This document shows positions 29,565 through 39,770 of a stretch of DNA of 64,000 nt, piece by piece (positions within the stretch are counted from its first letter, which is position 1; every line of letters begins with the position of its first letter). A model generated the notes under the pieces. It searched no databases. It was given only the letters and a program-made list of their open reading frames with translations, and was not told where the DNA came from. The position numbers and the translations under genes are program-made. The DNA is from Gammaproteobacteria bacterium (lineage in GTDB: Bacteria > Pseudomonadota > Gammaproteobacteria > Eutrophobiales > Eutrophobiaceae), in NCBI GenBank assembly GCA_965601665.1, contig OZ271833.1, forward strand, positions 1,060,451 to 1,124,450. The letters are read 5' to 3'.

Positions 29565-30307
29565 GGTTCCAGTTCTCCAAGCCAGTTGGAAACGTCATCC
29601 AGCATCGCATGTCGGGTTAAATCTACCTGTAGAGGCGTTACTGATACAAAGTTATTTCGGACTGCGTAAAAATCAGTCCCCTCACCAGCATCCTGCTCAG
29701 GACCGACAGGCCCAACCCAGTACACTTTACGTCCCTTGGGATCAAATGCCTCCATGGCAGGCTCCGATTTATGCCTGTTGCCGAGTCTCGTTACCTGGTA
29801 ACCGGCAATTGAATCGGCACGGGGAATATTTACGTTGAGCAAGGTGTCACGTGCAAGCGGATTCTTCAGCGTGGTTTTTATCATCCTGATAGCAACCTGA
29901 ACGGCCACGCCATAATCAACACTGCTGTCACCTGCCTGCGAAAATGCAATCGCCGGTCTACCAAGAAAACGACCTTCCATTGCAGCCGCGACTGTGCCGG
30001 AATACAGTACGTCATCACCGAGGTTGGTACCGGCATTAATACCACTTATGACCATGTCGGGTTCAGATTCCATCAAGCCTGTAATGGCAAGATGCACGCA
30101 GTCCGTTGGCGTACCATTAACATAATAAAAGCCACGGTCATCTTGCTTAACGTGTAGTGGCGCATCCAGTGTCAGTGAATTGCTTGCACCACTGCGGTCC
30201 CGGTCCGGTGCCACGACAGTTACCTGTCCAAGTGATGACAGGGCCTGTGCCAAAGCGGCAATACCAGGGGCCTGGTAACCATCATCATTACTTAACAAAA
30301 AATGCAT
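29561..30307 (-). CDS. surE: 5'/3'-nucleotidase SurE
   Basis: [17 protein letters not shown]-terminus. Confidence 0.95.
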   Translation of the reverse strand: MHFLLSNDDGYQAPGIAALAQALSSLGQVTVVAPDRDRSGASNSLTLDAPLHVKQDDRGFYYVNGTPTDCVHLAITGLMESEPDMVISGINAGTNLGDDVLYSGTVAAAMEGRFLGRPAIAFSQAGDSSVDYGVAVQVAIRMIKTTLKNPLARDTLLNVNIPRADSIAGYQVTRLGNRHKSEPAMEAFDPKGRKVYWVGPVGPEQDAGEGTDFYAVRNNFVSVTPLQVDLTRHAMLDDVSNWLGELEP

Positions 30308-30364
30308 GCAACACGTATATCAACAAAATGAATCGAAGTTATGCAATAACAACACCAACAGCGA

Positions 30365-31273
30365 CTAGGTTATCAGGAACTCAAGCAATGCCTTCTGTGA
30401 ATGAAGTCGATTACCCGCTTCTTCCCAAACGACACTCTGCGGTCCCTCCAGCACTTCGGCCGTCACTTCCTCTCCACGATGCGCAGGTAAACAATGCATA
30501 AATAAGGCATCCCTGTCTGCACGGGCCATTAGTTCCGCATTCACCTGGTAGCCCCTGAATTTTTCCAGACGATCTTTCTGTTCATCCTCCTGGCCCATAC
30601 TTGCCCAGACATCGGTCACGATGAGATCTGCGTGTTCGGCTGCTTTGCCCGGTTCGCGCTCTATCGTGACGTAATTCGAATTTTTTTCCAGTATCGCGGG
30701 ATCCGGGTCAAAACCATCCGGGCACGCCACAAACAGGTTAAAATCAAACAAACGCGCTGCATTCATATACGAATGGCACATATTATTGCCATCACCTATC
30801 CATACTACTTTTTTACCGTGGATTGCGCCGCGGGTTTCGGTATAGGTCAGCAGGTCCGCGAGTAACTGGCATGGATGATAACTATCCGACAAACCATTTA
30901 TGACGGGCACGTTGGAGTATTCAGCAAATTTTTCGATACGCTTATGTTCAAAGGTACGCAACATAATGCAATCGACCATCCTTGATAACACGCGCGCAGT
31001 GTCTTCCATCGGCTCACCACGTCCTATCTGACTACCACTGGGCGCCAGGTAGATTGCATGACCACCAAGTTGCGCCATGCCTGCTTCAAACGAAACACGC
31101 GTTCGGGTTGAGGACTTTTCAAAAATCATTCCTAACACGCGATTTTTTAGCGTTGTTTCAGCAGAGGGTTGTCTGAAATGTTGCTTCAGGTCAGTAGCAC
31201 GACTAATGATTGATTCAAGCTCCTCGCGACCGAGGCTATCCAGGGTTAAAAAATGACGAATATCCATGTTCAA
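30365..31273 (-). CDS. argF: ornithine carbamoyltransferase
   Basis: Motifs [19 protein letters not shown] and [10 protein letters not shown]. Confidence 0.9.
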   Translation of the reverse strand: MNMDIRHFLTLDSLGREELESIISRATDLKQHFRQPSAETTLKNRVLGMIFEKSSTRTRVSFEAGMAQLGGHAIYLAPSGSQIGRGEPMEDTARVLSRMVDCIMLRTFEHKRIEKFAEYSNVPVINGLSDSYHPCQLLADLLTYTETRGAIHGKKVVWIGDGNNMCHSYMNAARLFDFNLFVACPDGFDPDPAILEKNSNYVTIEREPGKAAEHADLIVTDVWASMGQEDEQKDRLEKFRGYQVNAELMARADRDALFMHCLPAHRGEEVTAEVLEGPQSVVWEEAGNRLHSQKALLEFLIT

Positions 31274-32448
31274 CTCTTACATTGTAAAAATGTTGCCACC
31301 AGTTCCGACACCCTGGCTACAACTGTTTCGACCTCGGCATCTGTCATTATCAGTGGCGGTAATAAACGGACAACCTTGCCCGCAGTCACATTAATTAAAA
31401 TATGGTTTGCAAGTGCCTGCTTTACCAGCTCGGCACACTCGTGTTCAAGCTCGATACCCAGCATCATACCGCGCCCTCTGATGTCAACGACACCCTTTAG
31501 CCCGGACAGGTTTCGCCTGAAACCTGTTAGCATCATATCGCCCAGTTCCATGGCACGATTTTCCAGGTGTTCTCTTTCGAGTACATCAATAACGGCAAGC
31601 CCGGCCCTGGCAGCAAGTGGATTGCCACCAAAGGTAGAGCCATGACTGCCGGGCTGAAATAGTCCTGCAGCGTCGCCACGGGCAAGGCAGGCGCCAATAG
31701 GAACACCGTTGGCTAACGCCTTGGCCAGGGTCATGACATCCGGCAGGATATGTTCATGTTGAAATGCGAACCATTTGCCGGTTCGGCACATGCCGGTTTG
31801 CACCTCATCAACAATCATCAGTGCCTGTTTTTGATCACAAAAATCACGTATCGCTTTCAGGAATCCCTGTGCCGGGACATTAATGCCACCTTCGCCCTGA
31901 ATTGGCTCCACCATCACGGCGACAATGTCATCGCGACTGGCAAGCCTGGTTAACGCTTCGATGTCGTTATAGGGAATATGGATAAAACCCGGTACCAAAG
32001 GATCAAATCCCTTTTGTGCCTTGGCACTACCAGTAGCACTGAGCGTGGCCATGGTTCGCCCGTGAAAACTGTTGTTCATCACAACGATGACCGGCGCACT
32101 GATAGAACGGTGATGCGCATGCAACCTGGCAAGCTTAATCGCTGCCTCGTTGGCCTCGGCACCGGAGTTACCAAAAAAAACCTTTTCCAGCCCTGAATGC
32201 GCGATGAGCTTGTCCGCAAGCTTCTCCTGCAACGGGATATGATACAGATTGGAAGTATGAATCACGCGCGCAGCCTGATCGACGATGGCGGCCTGCACTT
32301 CAGGGTGCGCATGGCCAAGCAGACAAACAGCAATGCCACCCAGCGCGTCAAGGTATTCCGTACCGGCATCGTCTACCAGTGTTGCACCATGGCCGGAAGT
32401 AAAACTGACTGGCAGTGGCGAATAATTTGACATCAGGGATTTACTCAT
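31270..32448 (-). CDS. argD: acetylornithine aminotransferase (class III PLP)
   Basis: Motifs [16 protein letters not shown] and [15 protein letters not shown]. Start is uncertain (32448 or 32433). Confidence 0.87.
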   Translation of the reverse strand: MSKSLMSNYSPLPVSFTSGHGATLVDDAGTEYLDALGGIAVCLLGHAHPEVQAAIVDQAARVIHTSNLYHIPLQEKLADKLIAHSGLEKVFFGNSGAEANEAAIKLARLHAHHRSISAPVIVVMNNSFHGRTMATLSATGSAKAQKGFDPLVPGFIHIPYNDIEALTRLASRDDIVAVMVEPIQGEGGINVPAQGFLKAIRDFCDQKQALMIVDEVQTGMCRTGKWFAFQHEHILPDVMTLAKALANGVPIGACLARGDAAGLFQPGSHGSTFGGNPLAARAGLAVIDVLEREHLENRAMELGDMMLTGFRRNLSGLKGVVDIRGRGMMLGIELEHECAELVKQALANHILINVTAGKVVRLLPPLIMTDAEVETVVARVSELVATFLQCKS

Positions 32449-32498
32449 CTCTTGACTATTCCAAACAAATGGCATTTTACAGGATGCCCAAAATAATA

Positions 32499-32528
32499 AG
32501 CCCGGCATTCGAGCCGGGCTCTTTTTTT
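32499..32528 (-). terminator. hairpin terminator between the membrane-protein gene and argD
   Basis: AGCCCGGC-ATTCGA-GCCGGGCT with T/A runs on both sides. Confidence 0.6.
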
Positions 32529-32547
32529 GAACGAGTTGCTCGCTTTA

Positions 32548-33132
32548 TTACAAAGGCATCCCGTGACCTTGTCCAACCATACACATCAGCATCGGTATAG
32601 ACAGAAAGGTATTGGTTCTTGAAGCCATCAAGGCAATGAATTTACTCTTGGCAATTTGTTCAGCACTGGCCTCGACAATACCAAGTATTTTCTTCTGATT
32701 AGGCCATATCAACACCCACACATTAAACAACATGATCGTTCCCAGCCAGGCACCGATACCAATAATCAGGCCATTACCTTGTAACAGAAAGGCATTCTTC
32801 AAACCTACACCCATGATTTCCAATGCTGCCGCTCCGGACAACCAGGTTGCCAATGCACCCCAGCGGAACCACCACAAAGCCTTGGGTGCGACATATTTAT
32901 TAATAGCAGCAGGTCCGGGGCCGCCCTCATCCGCTGTTGCCATAGCAACGGCGGGCACTTGTACGAAATTAAAATAATACAGCAGCCCAATCCAGATAAT
33001 TCCAAAAAAGACATGTAGCCATACTGCAAATGACCAGCCATTAAAGCTTGTATCGCCGACTGTCAGTGTAATCACCGCCGCAGTGACAAATCCAATAACT
33101 AGGGTTCCATGTACTGATTTCAGTGGATTCAT
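32548..33132 (-). CDS. polytopic inner-membrane protein, function unknown
   Basis: About five hydrophobic segments. The motif WLHVFFGIIWIGLLYYFNF is reminiscent of the urate-hydroxylase N-terminal membrane domain, but I cannot confirm the family. Confidence 0.55.
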   Translation of the reverse strand: MNPLKSVHGTLVIGFVTAAVITLTVGDTSFNGWSFAVWLHVFFGIIWIGLLYYFNFVQVPAVAMATADEGGPGPAAINKYVAPKALWWFRWGALATWLSGAAALEIMGVGLKNAFLLQGNGLIIGIGAWLGTIMLFNVWVLIWPNQKKILGIVEASAEQIAKSKFIALMASRTNTFLSIPMLMCMVGQGHGMPL

Positions 33133-33273
33133 TATTACTCCTCAACAAATATTTTCTTTTAAAGAATTTAAGTACTTAAACTTAGACGGATTATACTTAT
33201 GTCGCTATCGGCTTTCATCCTTTTCACGGGAATATGCGAAAATTATTAACCTCGAAGATAGCGATTGAAAACC

Positions 33274-34806
33274 ATGATTAACACGATTGAATTGGCATTA
33301 TTTGCCAGCAAAATCAATGCAATATGCGACCAAATGGGGGCCGTGCTGCAACAGACCGCTTTTTCGCCAAATATCCGCGACCGCCTTGACTATTCCTGCG
33401 CCATATTCGATGTTGATGGACAACTCTGCGCCCAGGCAGCACATATACCCGTGCACCTGGGCAGCATGGCCTATGCGATGCGCGATATAGTCAATGCCCG
33501 CGACTGGCAGGATGGCGACACCGTCATTCTCAACAACCCGTTTATGGGTGGAACGCATCTGCCAGACGTGACATTTGTTTCGCCGGTATTCGCCAACCGC
33601 AAACTACATGGGTTTGTCGCCAATCGTGCGCACCATGCTGATATTGGCTCGGAGTCACCCGGCTCCATGCCCATTTCTTCTTCTGTAAATGAAGAAGGCC
33701 TGCTCATCTCCCCCACCCTGATTGGTAAACAACATCAGCTGCTTGAAGATGTCCTGCATGGCATAACCCGCAATTTACGCGCACCTGACATTGCCGAGGC
33801 TGACTTCAAGGCGCAGTACAGTGTCAACCTGACCGGATCCCGGGCACTGATCGCACTGATACAAAACTGTACACAGACAAGTTTTGCAGACTACCTTGAC
33901 CATCTGAATGATTATGCCCGTCGCATAGCCAGACATGTGTTGCATAAGCTGCCTGACGGTAGCTACCCGTTTAGTGATGTTCTGGATGACGATGCACTGG
34001 AAAATAACGCTATCAGGATTAGCTGCACACTTAACGTACACAATGACCGTGTAACAGTCGATTTTACCGGTAGTAGTAAGCAGGTGCCTGGCAATGTTAA
34101 CTGTCCGGTTTCTGTTACCGCAGCGGCCGTTTATTATTGTTTCCGCTGCCTGATGCCAGACTATATGCCCAACTGCGCGGGTAGTTTCGATGTCATCGAT
34201 CTCGTCGTTCCTGACGGCAGCCTGCTAAATGCAGATTACCCGGCAGCAGTTGCTGCGGGTAATGTTGAAACCAGCACCCGGGTTGTCGACGTCGTGCTGG
34301 GAGCCCTCGCACAGGCGTTACCCGACAGGATTCCCGCAGCAAGCCATGGCAGCATGAATAATATTGCCATGGGCGCTGCTAACTGGAGTTATTATGAAAC
34401 GCTGGGCGGAGGTATGGGCGCCAGTCTTGGTCGTAACGGTTGTCATGCCGTACAAACACACATGACCAATACCCTGAATACGCCGGTAGAAGTGCTTGAA
34501 TTACACTATCCGCTTCGTGTGAATCAATATGCGATCCGTCATGACTCAGGTGGAAAAGGACGTTACACGGGAGGCAATGGTCTGCAACGACATTACCAGT
34601 TCCTGGAGCAGGCGCAGGTGACATTGCTCACCGAGCGCCGACACAGCCGTCCCTGGGGACTACAGGCCGGTAATGCCGGTAAAAGTGGCGAAAACAGACT
34701 TAACGGTATGATTTTACCGGCAAAAACCAGTGTAGCCGTCGAACCTGGTGATGAATTGATTATCAAAACCCCCGGTGGTGGCGGTTGGGGTGACGCGCAC
34801 GACTAG
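33274..34806 (+). CDS. hydantoinase B / oxoprolinase family protein
   Basis: N-terminus IELALFASKINAICDQMGAVLQQTAFSPNIRDRLDYSCAIFD is typical of HyuB. The first ATG is at 33274; the tracked ORF begins at a TTG at 33265. Confidence 0.85.
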   Translation: MINTIELALFASKINAICDQMGAVLQQTAFSPNIRDRLDYSCAIFDVDGQLCAQAAHIPVHLGSMAYAMRDIVNARDWQDGDTVILNNPFMGGTHLPDVTFVSPVFANRKLHGFVANRAHHADIGSESPGSMPISSSVNEEGLLISPTLIGKQHQLLEDVLHGITRNLRAPDIAEADFKAQYSVNLTGSRALIALIQNCTQTSFADYLDHLNDYARRIARHVLHKLPDGSYPFSDVLDDDALENNAIRISCTLNVHNDRVTVDFTGSSKQVPGNVNCPVSVTAAAVYYCFRCLMPDYMPNCAGSFDVIDLVVPDGSLLNADYPAAVAAGNVETSTRVVDVVLGALAQALPDRIPAASHGSMNNIAMGAANWSYYETLGGGMGASLGRNGCHAVQTHMTNTLNTPVEVLELHYPLRVNQYAIRHDSGGKGRYTGGNGLQRHYQFLEQAQVTLLTERRHSRPWGLQAGNAGKSGENRLNGMILPAKTSVAVEPGDELIIKTPGGGGWGDAHD

Positions 34807-34868
34807 ATTGACGGGTACGATAAGGTATAATCCTGCGCAAATTTTTTTACCAGACAGAGGTGCCAACG

Positions 34869-35186
34869 ATGGATGTCATGGAACAAATCAAGCAAACCCT
34901 CGAACAAAACCCGGTTGTATTATTCATGAAAGGCTCGCCCGATTTTCCACAGTGCGGTTTTTCGATGCGTACTTCCGAGGCGCTGAAGGCCTGTGACGTG
35001 GAATTTGCATTTGTGGATGTGCTGGCCAATCCTGATATACGCGCCAACCTGCCTCAATTTTCCAACTGGCCAACTTTCCCGCAATTGTTCATCAACGGTG
35101 AACTCGTTGGCGGTTGTGACATCACCATGGATCTTTACGAGAAAGGTGATTTACAGAAAATGGCCCAGGAGGCTGTCGCCAGCTGA
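34869..35186 (+). CDS. grxD: monothiol glutaredoxin (Grx4 family)
   Basis: VVLFMKGSPDFPQCGFS active site. AGAGG lies 8 nt before the ATG at 34869. Confidence 0.92.
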   Translation: MDVMEQIKQTLEQNPVVLFMKGSPDFPQCGFSMRTSEALKACDVEFAFVDVLANPDIRANLPQFSNWPTFPQLFINGELVGGCDITMDLYEKGDLQKMAQEAVAS

Positions 35187-35191
35187 ACAAG

Positions 35192-35215
35192 GGGGATACA
35201 TGCTATCCCCTTTTT
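35192..35215 (+). terminator. rho-independent terminator after grxD
   Basis: GGGGATA-CATGC-TATCCCC followed by a T5 run. Confidence 0.7.
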
Positions 35216-35262
35216 ATCATCTCGATAAACGCTAGAAATCAGTTAGCGCTCCCGCTACTGTA

Positions 35263-35976
35263 TTATCCCGCGTTGCCCTCTTTCCAGATAAGACTACCGC
35301 CACTCTCTTTGTCGATGGCGGCCAACCTTTGCATATGAGCCTCAAGTTCTTCTGCTGTGGGTTCAATCACGGGTAAGGGCTGGCGATTTCCATCAAGCTG
35401 TATGTCATTAATGCCTTGTTCATTTTCGCCGGTGTTTTCATCGAGCAGAAGTGTTTCCTGGCCGCCGGTCATAGCCAGGTAAACGTCAAGCAAAATTTGC
35501 GCATCCAGCAGCGCCCCGTGCAAGTCGCGCTTGGAGTTATCTATCTCATAACGTTTACATAAGGCATCAAGATTATTTTTTTGTCCGGGATGTTTGTCGC
35601 GGGCAATTAACAGCGTGTCAACTACCTTGCAGTAGTCATTAATTTTGCCCCAGTTTTTGCCAAGCTTCCTTAGTTCGGCATCAAGAAAACCGACATCAAA
35701 CGGCGCATTGTGAATTACCAACTCGCTGTCGCGAATAAAATCGATAAGCTCCTGGGCGACGTCTGCAAAACGCGGTTTGTCAGCCAGGAATTCATTGCTG
35801 ATCCCATGTACATCAAAAGCGCCATCTTCAATCTCGCGATCGGGATTAAGGTACACATGAAAATGGTTTTGTGTCTTCCTGCGGTTGACCAGTTCAACGC
35901 AGCCAATCTCGATAATGCGGTGGCCCTGGGTCGGTTCCAGCCCGGTTGTTTCGGTATCAAGTACAATCTGTCTCAT
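35263..35976 (-). CDS. dnaQ: DNA polymerase III epsilon subunit (3'-5' exonuclease)
   Basis: [11 protein letters not shown] Exo I motif and [10 protein letters not shown] Exo III motif. Confidence 0.95.
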   Translation of the reverse strand: MRQIVLDTETTGLEPTQGHRIIEIGCVELVNRRKTQNHFHVYLNPDREIEDGAFDVHGISNEFLADKPRFADVAQELIDFIRDSELVIHNAPFDVGFLDAELRKLGKNWGKINDYCKVVDTLLIARDKHPGQKNNLDALCKRYEIDNSKRDLHGALLDAQILLDVYLAMTGGQETLLLDENTGENEQGINDIQLDGNRQPLPVIEPTAEELEAHMQRLAAIDKESGGSLIWKEGNAG

Positions 35977-36425
35977 AGGAGTTCATCCTGCATTTCGTCG
36001 ATGGCTCGGTTGGCCAGTAGGTCGACACGTTCATTTTCATCGTGACCGCTATGCCCCTTTACCCATTCCCAACTAACGCTGGTATGTCGCTTCACTGCAT
36101 CATCAAGGCGCATCCATAGATCCTGGTTCTTGACCGGTTTTTTTGCGGCTGTTTTCCAGTTACGCGCTTTCCAGTCAGCAAGCCACTGGGTAATACCGTT
36201 CTTGACGTACTGGGAATCGGTTGTCACCACCACTTCACAGGGTTGGTTCAATGCCTCCAACCCCTGTATTGCCGCCATCAGTTCCATGCGGTTATTGGTG
36301 GTGTTCGCTTCAGCGCCGTAGAGTTCTTTCTCGGTGCCATTATATTTGAGCAAGGTGCCCCAGCCGCCAGGACCGGGATTGCCACGGCAGGCACCATCCG
36401 AAAAAACCTGGATCTGTTTAGCCAT
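35973..36425 (-). CDS. rnhA: ribonuclease HI
   Basis: [19 protein letters not shown] ... NNRMELMA ... TDSQY. The ATG at 36425 is the likely start. Confidence 0.95.
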   Translation of the reverse strand: MAKQIQVFSDGACRGNPGPGGWGTLLKYNGTEKELYGAEANTTNNRMELMAAIQGLEALNQPCEVVVTTDSQYVKNGITQWLADWKARNWKTAAKKPVKNQDLWMRLDDAVKRHTSVSWEWVKGHSGHDENERVDLLANRAIDEMQDELL

Positions 36426-37194
36426 TACGCTGTAGCGAATTGCGCGTGGTAGGCTCGGCAATGCCAGAGCCAAGCAACTGGCGTCTTGAATGCCATTGCA
36501 TCTTGATAGAATTCAATGGCACAACACGTTTTTTGCCTACGATCACATACAGGCCACCAAGAAATGGCCAACAGTACTTTCCAAGCCTTTCCAATGGTTT
36601 GAAGCGACGTAACCATTTCGGGCTACGCAACGGTGGGGAATAAAAACCGTAATACGTTTGCCTCACTTCAAAATCAAGCAGCGACAACCAGTCTTTCATT
36701 CGAGGAATAGAGATCAACTTGCCGGTCCATGGCATATTGTCCCACCAGCAGAAACACAGGTGCCAAAGCCCCCACAGGCTGAAACGGTTGATACCGATGA
36801 TAACCACATGGCCATCGTCAATAAGCACTCTATCCAGCTCGCGTAACAGTCGATGCGGATCGTGCGAAAATTGCAATACGTGTGGTAGCACAGCCACGTC
36901 AATACTGTCGGCAGCGATAGGCAACTGTTCTGCCTTTGCCAGTAACGTATTTCTACTGTCATCCAGCTCGGCAGGATCGAGACACAGGTAAGACTTGTCA
37001 CTAATCTTGGAAGCACCAAGGTAATCAACACTATTGGCAAATCCATATTGCACAATGTGGTAACCGAATAACTCGGGCAGAATGTGCTCCATCTGCTCCT
37101 GCTCTATTTGTACCACGTGTTCACCTAATGGCGATGCAAGCCACGCTGCCAGCTTATGGCGCAGTGATGTAGCCGGAGATTGAATCTGGTCCAT
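36418..37194 (-). CDS. class I SAM-dependent methyltransferase (YafS-like by position)
   Basis: Lies between gloB and rnhA, as yafS does in E. coli. Methyltransferase-type-11-like core. Confidence 0.7.
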   Translation of the reverse strand: MDQIQSPATSLRHKLAAWLASPLGEHVVQIEQEQMEHILPELFGYHIVQYGFANSVDYLGASKISDKSYLCLDPAELDDSRNTLLAKAEQLPIAADSIDVAVLPHVLQFSHDPHRLLRELDRVLIDDGHVVIIGINRFSLWGLWHLCFCWWDNMPWTGKLISIPRMKDWLSLLDFEVRQTYYGFYSPPLRSPKWLRRFKPLERLGKYCWPFLGGLYVIVGKKRVVPLNSIKMQWHSRRQLLGSGIAEPTTRNSLQRNG

Positions 37195-37260
37195 ATCGGT
37201 ATTACTTTTACTTTCCGAATTGCTAGACTGCACAAAAATCACCCGAGTGTCACTACTATA

Positions 37261-38031
37261 GTGTTAAATATTGTACCGTTACGCGCTTTAAAGGATAACT
37301 ATATCTGGCTTTGTCTCAACGAGGAAAACGGCCATGTGATTATTGTCGATCCCAGCGAGCCAGAGCCGGTCCTGGATTACCTGTCAAAACACCGGTTAAC
37401 ACCCGACGCCATACTGATTACACATCATCACTGGGACCATGTCGGCGGTATAGCCGACATCACCTCAATCTACGCTATCCCTGTCTATACGCCAGCCACT
37501 GAGACGGTCAGCGGCAGCACACATGACGTAAGTGAAGGTGATGTGTTGTCGTTCCCTAACCTTGACCTATCTATGTCCGCACTTGATGTACCAGGCCATA
37601 CCGCTGGTGCGGTCGCTTATCATGCTGATGGATTCGTCTTCAGCGGAGATACGTTATTCACCGCAGGTTGCGGGCGACTGTTTGAAGGTACACCGGCGCA
37701 GATGTCTGCATCGTTAGATAAATTCACGCAGCTGGATGACACTACCCGTTTATATTGTGGTCATGAATACACCGAGGCCAACCTTCGTTTTGCACTGGCC
37801 GTCGAACCGGGCAATGAAAACATCATTACTCGTTTGCAGGAAGTCAGCGCATTACGCGAACAAAACCAACCAACGGTGCCCGCCACGCTGGCAACCGAAA
37901 AGCAAACCAATCCGTTTCTACGTTGTAACGAAGATACTGTTGCTGCTGCCGTATCCGAACATGTGGGCAACCCGTTGACCGATCCGGTCGAAGTCTTTGC
38001 TGCATTACGGCAATGGAAGGACAATTTCTAG
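37261..38031 (+). CDS. gloB: hydroxyacylglutathione hydrolase (glyoxalase II)
   Basis: LNIVPLRALKDNYIWL followed by the metallo-beta-lactamase motif THHHWDHVGG. The GTG at 37261 is the likely start. Confidence 0.9.
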   Translation: MLNIVPLRALKDNYIWLCLNEENGHVIIVDPSEPEPVLDYLSKHRLTPDAILITHHHWDHVGGIADITSIYAIPVYTPATETVSGSTHDVSEGDVLSFPNLDLSMSALDVPGHTAGAVAYHADGFVFSGDTLFTAGCGRLFEGTPAQMSASLDKFTQLDDTTRLYCGHEYTEANLRFALAVEPGNENIITRLQEVSALREQNQPTVPATLATEKQTNPFLRCNEDTVAAAVSEHVGNPLTDPVEVFAALRQWKDNF

Positions 38032-38082
38032 ATAATCACAAATTTACTTGACCTTGTTGAACTGTAACTCTACGATTCAGCC

Positions 38083-39693
38083 ATGCAAAAACATCAGTTT
38101 GCGTACGCATTTTGTACGACTTTAGTAATTAGCGGTTGCAATTTTTCTCCTGTAAAGCAGCAAGCATCAACTCCCCCACAAGAAACTGAAACAACAACCT
38201 CACTGACGCAGTATATTGTTCCGGATAATAATCGGCCGGAATTTGCAGAAAGTGTCGGTGATAGTGCTACTGCTGCCGTTACCCAGCCAGATGACGTCTG
38301 GCGAGTAATACGTGAAAACCTTGAGCTGGACACGCATGTTCAAAAAGCGTCCGTCAATGCACGGCTAAACTGGTTTGCGAAAAACCAGGAGTATATCGAT
38401 CGCGTTGCAGAACGTGCACAACCTTACCTGCACCATATCGTACAGCGCCTGCGGGAGAGGCATCTGCCGCTGGACCTGGCGCTATTACCAATAGTTGAAA
38501 GTGCTTATCAACCGTTCGCCTATTCACCCAGCCGCGCATCGGGGCTTTGGCAATTCATTTCAGCAACCGGCAAACGCTATGGTTTGAAACAGAACTGGTG
38601 GTATGACGGCCGTCGTGATGTTGTTGCAGCAACAGAAGCTGCACTGGACTACCTGGAGATGTTACACAAGCGCTTTAACGGTAACTGGTATCACGCCCTG
38701 GCAGCCTATAATACCGGTGAGGGTAATGTTGAAAGAGCGATCCGCCGCAACAAGCGCGCCGGCAAAAATATCGAGTTCTGGTACTTGCGACTGCCACGCG
38801 AAACACGTGGCTATGTACCGAGTCTTCTGGCCATTGCCGAAATCCTGAAACACCCTGAAAAATATAACGTCCAGTTCAAGCCGATTCCTAATCAGCCTTA
38901 TTTTGAAAGTGTTGACGTGGGTAGCCAGATTGACCTGGCGACCGTGGCCGAATTATCCGGATTAAGCATGGATGAAGTCTATACATTGAATCCCGCTTTC
39001 AATCGTTGGGCTACTGATCCAAACGGTCCACACGCAATTCTGGTGCCGGTTGAACGTGCCGAATCATTTAAACAACAGCTCGCTGCACTGCCCGAATCAG
39101 AACGTATAAGCTGGAAACGGCACACGATTCGCGAGGGTGAGTCTCTCGGGCTCATTGCAAGGCGCTACAACACCAGTGTAAAAACCCTAAAGACGACTAA
39201 TAACCTGCGCGGTAACCTGATTCGTGCAGGCCACTCGCTGCTGATACCCACCGCCAAGCAGGATTCAAAATTTTACACTATGAGTGCTGACGCACGTCGA
39301 TTCCGTGGTTTGAAAAAAACCGGCGATGGACAGCGCTATGTGTATACCGTGCGAAAGGGTGACAACCTGTGGGATATTGGTCGCAGTTACGGCGTCAGTG
39401 TCAGGCAAATGACGCGTTGGAACGGTATCTCCAGTCGCAGTATCCTGAGACCAGGCCAGAAGCTGGTTGTCTGGGTTAAAGATGACGTAACCGGGGAATC
39501 AATGGTTCAGGTTGCTGGCAAAACCGATGTGAACAATTCCTATACCGTTCGCAGTGGCGATTCACTCTGGTTGATTGCCCGCAAATTCAATATCCAGGTG
39601 GGTGACCTGGTTAAATGGAATAATCTCAACAAGAGCAAGCATCTGCAGCCCGGTCAAAAGCTGATTGTTCGCCAGGCTGTTACCGGCGCCTGA
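38083..39693 (+). CDS. mltD: membrane-bound lytic murein transglycosylase D
   Basis: Lipobox ISGC, an SLT domain (ESAYQPFAYSPSRASGLWQF) and three C-terminal LysM repeats. Confidence 0.9.
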   Translation: MQKHQFAYAFCTTLVISGCNFSPVKQQASTPPQETETTTSLTQYIVPDNNRPEFAESVGDSATAAVTQPDDVWRVIRENLELDTHVQKASVNARLNWFAKNQEYIDRVAERAQPYLHHIVQRLRERHLPLDLALLPIVESAYQPFAYSPSRASGLWQFISATGKRYGLKQNWWYDGRRDVVAATEAALDYLEMLHKRFNGNWYHALAAYNTGEGNVERAIRRNKRAGKNIEFWYLRLPRETRGYVPSLLAIAEILKHPEKYNVQFKPIPNQPYFESVDVGSQIDLATVAELSGLSMDEVYTLNPAFNRWATDPNGPHAILVPVERAESFKQQLAALPESERISWKRHTIREGESLGLIARRYNTSVKTLKTTNNLRGNLIRAGHSLLIPTAKQDSKFYTMSADARRFRGLKKTGDGQRYVYTVRKGDNLWDIGRSYGVSVRQMTRWNGISSRSILRPGQKLVVWVKDDVTGESMVQVAGKTDVNNSYTVRSGDSLWLIARKFNIQVGDLVKWNNLNKSKHLQPGQKLIVRQAVTGA

Positions 39694-39770
39694 TATACTG
39701 CATAGTTAACTATGCAATACCAAAACGGCACAGTGGTCGTGTGCCTTCATGACTACCGGTTAAAAATATA

